A stretch of DNA of 64,000 bases from Oopsacas minuta (Eukaryota > Animalia > Porifera). The stretch spans positions 1-64,000 of the forward strand of contig JAKMXF010000331.1 in NCBI GenBank assembly GCA_024704765.1. The letters are read 5' to 3'. This document shows, one piece after another, positions 39,361 through 50,427 of this stretch (the stretch's first letter is position 1; every line of letters begins with the position of its first letter). Made by a program: the position numbers and the translations under genes. Below the pieces are notes generated by a model. That model saw only the letters and a list, made by a program, of their open reading frames with translations. It did not search any database and was not told the origin of the DNA.

Positions 39361-40706
39361 CAGGGTGTATCATATGTCTAGGCGGATATGAATTCATAAT
39401 GTTTAAAGTTGATTTAACCAAACTACAATTTATTATTGATTTATATTTGTTTTACACTTAACTACTAAGTCCTATCTATTACAAATACACCTCTTTATAA
39501 ATACATTCACTTTGATTTGTATTTCAACTCATTTTTTGTATTTCTCTTATCTTTCTGAAATATGAATGTTAAAGATCATGGTTTGTCCATTCGCTTAGAA
39601 GCAATTGCCATGTTGAAAACTGGAATTGAGCAGAAGATCGTAGCTTCAAGGTAGGTGTCAGTTTGAGGTCGATACAAAGGTGGTGGCATAACGAGAAACA
39701 TGGAAAAGACCAAAATACTAAACTCCGTCCTGGTAGGATTCCAACTATGAAAAAGGTCTGCAAGATAGTCATCTCAAATCTCTAGGGAAGAGGGGGAATT
39801 CACCACGTAAACCTGGGCGTATTCTCAATGGTAAGGGATATTCTATCTCGTATTCAAGTATATATTGCTATTTGACCAATTCTTTGGGAGTAAAATCATT
39901 CAAACGCCCTAAAATACCTTGATTGACACAGAAAATGAAGGATAAACGCCTCCAGTTCGCTAAAGATAACATAAATTGGACAATTGATGACTAGAAAAAG
40001 GTGTTGTGGTCAGATGAATCACCTTTCCAAGTATTCTCCATACCAAATCGTCAAAACGATCATATCTGGGCTCGGAATTCAAAAACATTGAATCTATCGT
40101 TCTGATGAAATTTCCCACAAAAATCCAAGTCTGGGGGTATGATGTCCCACAGGGCTCTCTCAGAATTACACATAATTCCTCCGAAACAAATGATAAATAG
40201 AGCCTACTATCGAGATAATATCTTAGCCAATACGTGTAGTGATGCTACAAATAGAACTGCAAAACAGGTCCTATTCTGGAGAGATCAATGCCTGCTGACA
40301 TGTCTGATTTTCTATTCATGCAGGATGGTGCCCCTCCTCACACTGCGAACTTGACACAGAGATGGTGTGTAGAACACTTTCCTCGGATTTGGAGGGAGGG
40401 TGAGTGGCCGGGTAACTCGCCAGATTTAAACCCAATTGAAAACCTCTGCTCAATATTAAAAGATCGTGTTGGACAAATGGCAAATGCAACTAAGCTGGAA
40501 GATTTAATTTTACGAGTCAAATCCGCATGGGCTGACATAGACCCTGATATTCGAGAATACTTATTTTGTAGTATGCCAGCAAGGATACAACTTGTATTAG
40601 ATAGGAATGATGGTTATATAGGTAAATAATTAATTAGAACAAATATTCGATAACGGAAAATTCTATTTACATTTTACTGACCCGCCAAAACATATGATAC
40701 GCCCTG
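39361..40706 (+). mobile_element. Near full-length DD37E Tc1-like transposon (1346 bp, TA TSD), transposase disrupted
   Basis: 25-bp TIR CAGGG(T/C)GTATCATATGT with 3 mismatches. Motifs VLWSDES and QDGAPPH...WPGNSPDLNPIE (37-residue spacing); several stops and frameshifts. Confidence 0.93.
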
Positions 40707-40718
40707 TACTCTATAATA

Positions 40719-42037
40719 CAGTGCCGGTCAAAAAGAATTGCTCAAAATGAATGTATACAGTATAGTAAATGTCAAATTGTATACACATACCAGATAGTTG
40801 AATTCTTGCGAAACCATACTCAGACATATGTATTTGACAAGTAACACACCAACACAGCTAATCCATTCATTATATTTGCACAACTTACAGTTTTTATTTT
40901 GTATTCTTATTTTTCCAATTTATCTGTTTATATCGAATTTTCAATGCCTTCTAAATCCCGAATTTCCATTGAAAATCGAGCCAACCTGATACTACTTTCA
41001 GAAAGTGGCCATACTCAGAGGGAGGAAGCTAAAATGGTTGGGTGTAGCCAAAAAAGTGTAGCCGAGATCCTTAAGAAACACAGGCTGACATGCACGATAA
41101 GAGACCTCGCTATTCCGGGTAGGCCTCGTGTCACAACCAAAAGGCAAGATAATTTATTGGTCAGAAAATGCAAAAAGGATCGATTTAAGACTGCTACTCA
41201 GATCAAAGCTGAAGTGTTATCAGAATATTCGATAAAACTTTCCACTTCAAAGTTCAGAGAAGGTTACGAGGGGCTGGACTGTTCAGACGAAAACCGCGAA
41301 GAAAGCCCCGCATTATTACCAAGCACAAAAGAGACCGACTTTCCTTCGCAAGATCGCATAAGAATTGGAATACTGAAGAATGGGCAAGAGTTGTGTCCAG
41401 TAACGAATCTAGGTTCCTTCTCTATACTAATGACGAGAGAGCCTATGTCAGGAGGATGAAGGGGGAGGAGTTCTTAGAGAGGTGTCTTCAAAAAACTTGC
41501 AAGTTTGCTGGAGTGGCGTAGGACTCTTGTGGAAAGTATCTGGGAACCTCAAGACAAATTCTTACATTGATTTATTGGAAAATGCACTAATCCCAAGCGT
41601 TGATTTGCATTCTCTACATTCTGGATGGACCTTGCAGCAAGACAACGCCCCATGCCATAGGTCAAAGGGTACTAAGCAATGGTTTGGTGAGCAAAAAATA
41701 GAGGTTATGAATTGGCCTGCTCAGTCACCTGATCTAAATCCGATTGAGAATCTTCGGGATCACATTTCCCTCAGAATTGAAAAGAAAAGCCCATCCAACT
41801 ACTCAGAGTTGTGGAATGCCATATTAAGCACTTGGGATAGCATCGACATTAACAGGCTTCATCTCTAATTGAGAGTATGCCGCAGAGATGTAAAGCCGTA
41901 ATTCAAGCAAGAGGAGGTATTACTAAATACTAACAACAATTTACTTGATTATAATAAAAGCATTATTGTTAAAATCAGTCATAGATATAAGAAATAGTGG
42001 TAAATTTATTCTGAGCAATTCTTTTTGACCGGAACTG
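40719..42037 (+). mobile_element. Tc1 (DD34E) transposon (1319 bp, TA TSD), transposase 40944-41933 frameshifted
   Basis: 26-bp TIR CAGT(G/T)CCGGTCAAAAAGAATTGCTCA. Paired-like HTH, GRPR, QQDNAPCH...WPAQSPDLNPIE with 34-residue spacing. Confidence 0.95.
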
Positions 42038-42581
42038 TATTATTCATCTGTGATATAACACAACAATCAATGCATATCAATTCTTTGTGCGCGCAGGTTA
42101 ACTACAAAGAAGTAACTAAATTTAAGTATCAGTTGAAACAAGTTGCAATGGGAACTATAACAAGTATGACGATATAATTTCCTATACATACTAATGATCT
42201 CAACAAGTGTTGCATAGTCCTACGAGCATAGTCTATGAAAGATTACAATCTTAAAACGCAATAATTATAGTGAAGCAAATAAGGAAAATTGAGAAAAAAC
42301 AAAATATAAGTAAATAGAAAAATCATAAAAAAAGTTCTAGTAACCCCCCTGTTTTGTAAGGAAATTGAAATATAAGATACGAAAAAAGTATTGATAAATT
42401 TTGAAGGGGTTTTGAAGAGAAATAACTTCAAGAATTGATCTCAAGTTAGAATTCGTAATACACAAAAAACCTCAGAATTTATCGAATTTTGCAGGACGTT
42501 GCTGGTGATAATTTGTAGTCTCTCACGAAAATATCAATATTGTTATAAACGTCTATGTCTCAACTATCAATTAGCATAAAA

Positions 42582-42951
42582 ATAATTGAAATTCAGTTGG
42601 ATTTAGGGTAAGAAACATGAGTTGAACTGACCCTACTTTATGTAGAATATGATTCATCCCCTACCACTCTCACTACCGCCATAAAATTTGAATTCCTCTA
42701 GCTCCGCGAGTTGTTAATATTATTTAATGAAATTTAATTTTCATAAACGTCCATATCACTAAAGTATGCATATTTAATTTCAGAATTGAATTCTGACTTT
42801 TAGGTGAGTAAATTAAAGGGAGCCGTAACACTAAAAATTTAAGCAAAAAAGTGACTAACTGTGAAGTTTTTAAAATCAAAACATATTGCTTCAAACGTTC
42901 AACCCTCTTCTTTCCAATGTTACTAATTTCGTTTAAATTTGATGAGTATAA
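42582..42951 (-). repeat. Inverted copy of 37005-37373
   Basis: See 37005-37373. Confidence 0.95.
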
Positions 42952-43068
42952 CAAAAACATAATATGAGAACAGGACAAGTAGATCAATGGTTTTACTGAA
43001 CTATAGTTCCCCTTACATTTCGTACCATAATAGAAAATATCAAAATGACCAAACAGTGAGATTATATA

Positions 43069-43972
43069 CAGTCAATGGACAAAAGTATTCGACCACACAA
43101 ATATATTGTCATAAATTGTATACTCTTTCCCGCTCCTATATATTGTGTAGTCTATATTCGTAGCTGCAATCTAGTAATTTGCATAGAATAACATATGTTT
43201 TCCGAGTATTTCAAAAAATATTTTCGATTTACACATTTTGAAGGTGTTAATTATTAATAATCATTTGATAATTATTGATAATCAAATATGTGGTAATTCA
43301 AAACCTATTAAGAATCTGTAATTTCTGACTTGATATTTGAATTCTACGTAAGCGAATTACCCTAGATTTAAATTTCCAATGAGATTGAACAATTTTTACC
43401 AAAGTTATAGAAGAATTTCAATTTGTGCCACTTGAGCCACTTCTTGAAAAAAGTGGCACAGGCGGCAGGAAAAAGCGCCACTATGAGGAAATCAACTAGG
43501 GTTAGGAGGAATAAGTCAAAGTAATATTTTCGAATGATATGACTATGCTAACCCTTGAATTACAAAATAACCTCTGGGTAACGACCACTTGTGCCACCTT
43601 GGGCAAAAGGTGGCACAAATTGAAATCTTCTATAACTTTGGTAAAAATTGTTCAATCTCATTGGAAATTTAAATCTAGGGTAATTCGCCTACGTAGAATT
43701 CAAATATCAGGTCAGAAATTACAGATTCTTAATAGGTTTTGAATTACCACATAATTTGATTATCAATAATTATCAAATAATTATTAATAATTAACACCTT
43801 CAAAATGTGTAAATCGAAAATATTTTTTGAAATACTCGGAAAACATATGTTATTCTATGCAAATTACTAGATTGCAGCTACGAATATAGACTACACAATA
43901 TATAGGAGCAGGAAAGAGTATACAATTTATGACAATATATTTGTGTGGTCGAATACTTTTGTCCCCTGACTG
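43069..43972. mobile_element. Tc1-type MITE with about 363-bp near-perfect TIRs (904 bp, TA TSD)
   Basis: 43069-43431 versus 43610-43972 differ by about 6 substitutions and 2 single-base indels; CAGTCA ends; 178-bp spacer. Confidence 0.95.
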
Positions 43973-44634
43973 TATAGTAAATCAACTCATTTAATTAGTT
44001 ATTGACTTCTAAATTACCTGGACAGTCAACTCATGTTCAACTCGTATTGTCCTTACGCCAAGATAGTCAACTGATTTACTGTTGATATCTGGAAAACATT
44101 AGTTTCATTAGTGTAAATATAGGAAGTCTTATATGGGGATTTAATTTGTCATATTGGCATATTTGAAATGATTGTGGTTTGTGGGCTTTGTCGGTATGCA
44201 CACTTTTTGAGATTATCCACATAGGAATGCCAATTAACGAAAAGAACATTAAATAGTACCTTTGACAAGAATAAATATTTGTACTTACCAATACAAAGAA
44301 TCTTGTTCTATAAACCATTTCAAGTAGAATTGATATCCTATGATTGCTTACAGATAGATTGTGTATTGATAATAATCACAAATAAAATATTGAGTCGAAG
44401 CATAGATATTATGTAATATTGTCGCTACTAATATATATCCTTATGAGGATAATGACAACAGGTGTGAAAACTGCAATTATTAATAAACAAAACATTTTAA
44501 GTGTGCCAAAATTACCAATGGAATCACATATATGACTTCCTATCCAATAATAATATATTGAATGCCGTTAGAACGGAATACATACAATATCTGACATGAG
44601 TTTAGAATAAACATCGCTGTGCGAACCTTTAAGG

Positions 44635-46959
44635 CAGGCTTGTCCAACCTACGGCCCGCGAGAGGATTCTATCCGCCCGCCAACATGCTCGGGAACTGTT
44701 ACCAGTTGGTGGCGATATTTAATTGAGTGAAACCTATTTGAGCGAACTCAATTAAGAGAAACCCAATATTGCAAAACCAAATTGAATGAAACCAATTTCA
44801 GAAAATTGTGATTTCAATAACTTAAAAATCCTTAAATAACTTTGTATTTAGTTTTAATTGAGTAATCATCTGTCACATAACTGGGTTTCTCTCAACTCGA
44901 ACAGCTCATATAAATTCCAAATAATAAACCATCTTAAACAATATTAAAATAACTACAAAACAAATATGTCAACTCCCGTGATTAAAGCAAAGAAAAGGAA
45001 AATTGATAGTGAATGTCGAGTTTTCAAATCCTCATGGACATTAGATTTTTTCGTCGTAGAACACAACGAATACTTATTGTGCTTGATATGTCAGGAGAAG
45101 ATAGCTGTATTCAAAGAGTATAATATCAAACGACATTACTCTACTAAACATGCAGATACATTTGACACGCTTACAGGTCAGGTGAGAATCGATCGGGTGA
45201 ACCTGTTGAAGGATAGCACCAACAGTCAACAATCTTTCTTCAAAGCCGTTAAATTAAGTTCTGAGACAGCAACAAAGATCAGCTTTCTGATAACAGAAGC
45301 GATAGCCAAGAGTGGAAAACCATTGTCTGAAGGGGAATTTGTAAAAGACTGCTTAGACATATTTACATCTGTGGCATGCCCAAATAAGAAGTCGATAGTA
45401 GAGAGCATCAGTCTGTCACATCAAACTGTTGCTAGAAGAGTAGATGATTTATCATCCAACATTGAAATTTCACTAATTAAACGACTCAATGCTTGCAAAT
45501 TTTACAGCTTGGCCCTTGATGAAAGTATCGATGTTAGCGACACAGCTCAACTGGCAATCTTTGTACGTGGTGTCACAGAAAATTTCGAAATAATCGAAGA
45601 ACTGCTCGACTTATGTCCAATGAAAGGCACAACTACTGGGCAAGATATTTTCAATGTAGTAAAACATGTGTTTACGAAATTCAAACTTGCAGATGAAAAA
45701 CTAAGTGGTTTAACAACCGATGGAGCCCCTGCGATGACAGGAAAGCATAAAGGCTTTGTTAGCCTTATGCTCAAATCAATGACCTCTCCTGTTATGGCAT
45801 ACCACTGCATTATTCATCAAGAACAACTTTGTGCAAAAACCTTAGATATGAAACATGTGATGGAAATGTCGTCAATACAGTCAATTTCATAAGGTCGAAG
45901 GGACTCAATCACAGACAATTCCAAGCGTTACTTGCAGAGATAGGATCAGACTATAACGATGTTATTTACTTTAGCCAAGTTCGCTGGCTCAGCAGAGCGT
46001 CCACTCTAGCCAGATACTGGTCACTACTTGAAGAAATAAAAACATTCATGACCATTAAGGGAAAGGATGTGAGCTTTCTGGATGATGATCAGTGGTTGAA
46101 TGATCTCGCATTTCTAGTTGACATAACTAAGTATCTCGCAGATTTAAATCTGAAACTACAAGGAAGAAAACAATTCGTTAACAACCTGTATGAGCATGTC
46201 AAAGCGTTCATCAACAAATTACAATCATTCCACCAACAATTTATTTTGAAAAGGTGGTACATTTCTCAACATTATCTTCAAGAAAAAGTGAGACAGTGAA
46301 TCATGATAAGTATTCTGCACTGATCAACAGCTTAATCGATGAATTTAAACTAAGATTTTCTGATTTTAGTGACAAATTCGATGAAATGGAGTTGTTTGCA
46401 GATCCATTTGGAACTGATGCCACTAATGCTCCTGAAATGTTCCAACTGGAACGAATTGAAATACAAAATAACTCGGAGAGAAAGAGAGCTTTTGCAGAGC
46501 ATGACCTTCTGACATTTTATGGTCAATATGTTACATCGGATCTATTTCCTAATTTATCGCAACACGCCCTTAGGTTCCTTTCCTTATTTGGCAGCACGTA
46601 TTGCTGTGAACAGCTTTTCTCAATGATGAAAAATATTAGAAGCAAGTCTAGATCTCTCCTGACAGACACTCATCTATCAGGAATATTACGGATTGCGACA
46701 TCAAGTGTACGAGCAGATATTGACTCTTTGTGTAAACAAAAACAAAGTCAGATATCCCATTAGATATGTTCTTTATTAGTAAAGTTTACTATAATTAAAT
46801 AATACATGTAGTGATTTTTCAATTCTGAAATAATCCGTATTAATGCCATCCCCAAATAAATAACATCATGCTACCTTGATATATCCAATGTCGTGCGGCC
46901 CTCAAGTAGATAAAGAAGCCCTCATTTGGCCCGCGAACAAAAAAGGTTAGACAAGCCTG
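44635..46959 (+). mobile_element. Full-length SPIN/GTF2IRD2-type hAT transposon (2325 bp)
   Basis: 16-bp TIR CAGGCTTGTC(C/T)AACCT; perfect 8-bp TSD CTTTAAGG at 44627-44634 and 46960-46967. Confidence 0.97.
44966..46763 (+). pseudogene. hAT transposase with two single-base frameshifts (about 45869 and 46255) and no in-frame stops
   Basis: Zinc finger CLIC...KRHY...KH, LALDES, TTDGAPAM, HCIIHQE, VRWLSR and TYCCEQLFS, spread over three overlapping ORFs. Confidence 0.93.
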
Positions 46960-48090
46960 CTTTAAGGGCATGACTAGTAGCTAATCTATGGAAGCTAAAG
47001 GGAGTGAGCGTAGCGTGGTATAAATTCAGAAAAAATCTGCCTAATGTATTATTGCGGAAAAAAATTTATATCTTTTTCGTGGTTCAAACCTATCACGCTA
47101 TTTAGGTTCGCCGCTATACAGATATGTAACAAAAATTTTCCCACTTCGCTCACCCCCTTTGTTCACCATAGATTAGCTACTAGCTATGCCCTTGAAGTGT
47201 CGGATAAGCGATGTATATTCTAATTCATGTCACGGAATGTATGTATTCTCAATAGAACGAAAGGGTCTCGAGATATCAATGTAAACACAAAGGCATAAAT
47301 TGTAAGCTGATAACGAATATCAGTATTAACGATAACAACTTCTGACTACTATGCTGTTTATATTATATACGTATACATATTCTGGAATTCTAATCTTTTC
47401 TAATGATTCATATCTAGCTTTTGGCGCCTCTGAATTACAATACAATAATCGGATATTTCAACTATTAAACTGACATTTTTGATTTGAGAATCCATATATA
47501 GACTCTCGTGCAGTCCCAAACTAACTAATTAATTTCTAGCTTAGATTATTCCGTAAATAAATCTCTCACTGATGGATCCTTGTTCTATGAATGAAGTTTG
47601 ATGAACCAATTGGACAAGAATTTCCATTTCATATTTATCCGAGATATCCATGCCATTTTACACTGTAACCAAGGAATTGGGTGGATTTATATCGATTTTC
47701 CAATAATTTGACGCTTTCTCGATATTACCATAGTAAATTTATAATCTGAAAAAAACAAAATTCAAGTAATTATCTTTGATTGAATTCTGGATATTGCGGA
47801 TTCAAAATTCAAAAATTTCTCGAAAATCCCATAATTTAGTGACAATGAAGCTGTCAGTGCATAGTTGGAATGTGAGAAGGAATTATAGAGTTTCCAAAAC
47901 ATCACATAATATATATTCGTCAGAATATAGAACTTTCAAACAACATCGAGTTTTATGAAATTTATGAACATTTTCTGAATGAACCACATTTAAAATTGTG
48001 TATGATATAAATTAAGGTGCTCCAAAAATTTAGTCTATGCCAGCTTTCTTTTTCACCTAGCCTTACATATTTGCAGACTATTTTTAGAAC

Positions 48091-50030
48091 ATGGCTCAAG
48101 AATGTATCTTCCCAAAATGCAATGGAAGTAGTCCATGAACTACTGTAACCCAAATTGGCATCTCCTATCTTATTAATGCAATCACGCAATGAAAGGACAT
48201 ATTTCAAAGTGAACTGGAAGCAAGGAGACAAGACCATTCAAACATCAACATACAAGTCTAAGACGCATATTAATCGAGTTCTCACAAAACATGGCGCAAA
48301 TCCTTCGTCTGATATTGAACCACTACAGATAAGAAGAAAGTGTGATCACCACAGCTTTTTGTGTAAATATCATTCATTGTGTTCTCTTGTGGCTACGATT
48401 GTATTCGCTTGATCCTTTACAAAACTTTACAACTATAATTCTTAACTAGTGTAACAAATGAAATGATCAACTTGCTGAGTATGTTAGAATAAGTGTGCTC
48501 AGTGCAACTTCTGCCTACATGCAGCAGATGCGCAATATCACAAATATTGTTATGATGGCTTTTTCAAAGTTATCTATATCAACTAGTATATCATATGATG
48601 AAGATATTGATAAAGTGATACAGAAATTTATGATGAAAAAGTCGTCTGTGCACAATAACTGAACTATATGATGATTATGATAAGCAGCAATATCAAAAAC
48701 ACCCTTGAGAAGAAATGCCTAGCTTCCAAAATTTAACAGCGAATTGGGATCACTTCGTGGAAATGAAAATTGAAGGAACTGCAAGTTTGTCGTGTCTCAA
48801 GAATCATATCTCAGCTAAGTTAAGTTCGTATAGAAATGCAAAAACATATATCTGACTGTCGACATCTTAGCGAAGAGGTCAATAAATGAAACAAATAGCA
48901 TATTCAAGCAAATGACTATGATCTCAGGAAATTTACTGCAGAAAATGGTGGTCAACTCGAGCAGCACGCGTCTTACTTTCAAGTCAAAATTGATTTCAAG
49001 TAACAAGAAATCCCTGAGCATTACCCATTCAATTCAGTGTCATATCAACAACCAATATAACCAAACTTCATCAGGTCTTGTAGTCAAACCCTACCATAAG
49101 TTTGGTTAAGGGAACTGATCGACGTGTTGAATGAATATGGCTCTATATCATCATACAAAGATGCCCTATGCTTTAGGATTACTGTAACCAAATATAGCCC
49201 AAAAAGCATATACTAGCTGAGGTTTGATTCCAAACTCAGCAAAATTGATGGGTGGATGGTTTGATAACTATGATCCAAATGTTATGGCTAAGAATGGTCA
49301 AAGGGATACCGCCATGGCAATTGAGTGGAGACAACAAGAATGCGATGAAGAGAATAATGAAACTAATGAAAATGATGTGATTCCCAGGTAGGAAAGAAAT
49401 GAAAGAACTAAAATTGAGTGAGTCATACAATTTCAGCATTATCAAGGACCAAATATACACTATCTAGCTAGAGTTGAGAAGCCATACGACCAAGCCTTCT
49501 ATGCCAACCTGACCACAGAAGTGTATCAACTACATTACATTTAATACTAATTGGATGGTAAATATTATATTAAGTCATGAAAAGAATATACTCACACCTG
49601 GGTAGTTTGGAGCTATGGCAGCTACTGCAAGGAAAGTAGGTGAGATAAAGATGGCCACCAAGTTTGTATTTACACGACTTATTGATGCTAAACAAGTTAT
49701 CCAGATACTGTGCTGACCTCGATAGCCACTATAGAGAAGTTTGATCAAGGTCATGGACAGCATTACCTCTATGTGGAGGCAGAAATGAACTATATAATCT
49801 GGCTGTAGATATCAAAAGTTCTGGTGAGCAAGGATGAAAAAGTTTGGTCATACGCCCAGGAAGAATGCACACGATAACGTCCTTCCTGGATTGTATAGGG
49901 CGTAAATGTGGAGTACAGGCCATGATGTAATCTTTTAATCAAGCATTCAATGGCGTTTGCAATAACTAAATTAATAGTCATGGGCAAAATCCTTTTGCTG
50001 ACTACAATTATGAGCAGGGTAGTGGAGGAT
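48091..50030 (+). pseudogene. Heavily decayed transposase-like ORF of an unclassified invertebrate family
   Basis: Out-of-frame fragments in order: MAQECIFPKC, LHAADAQYHKYCYDGFF, LVVKPYHKFG/RELIDVLNEYG, GWFDNYD...NGQRD...AMAIE, RPGRMH...FLDCIG. I recognise this motif series from TE-like hypothetical proteins but cannot name a superfamily. No TIR found. Confidence 0.55.
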
Positions 50031-50427
50031 GAAGGAACATCAGTCTAAAAATGTTTTTTGAAAATATATGCGTGAACTCGTCCCGAAAGACATGAGGGCT
50101 ATACATACAACCTGGTCTAATAGAAGGTGACCGAGTATAAACTGATCCATCTAAAATTTCGAACACTTTCAATGATTAATTTTCTTCGACATACAGTAAA
50201 TATTCATTAACACTAGGTACTAATGGACCAGAATACTTGGGTTTATCAGTGTGTAGGCACTAAGGTTGATTCAGATTCCAAATTGTTTTTCAAACCTTTG
50301 AACAAGGAAGCCGTTTATGGATACGTAATTGCATTGAATAAATATGTTACAGTCAATGTATAAAATCAGTCAATTTACAAATTGACTGAAAATTCCAGTC
50401 AATTGTAAATTGACTGATTCACTTAGG

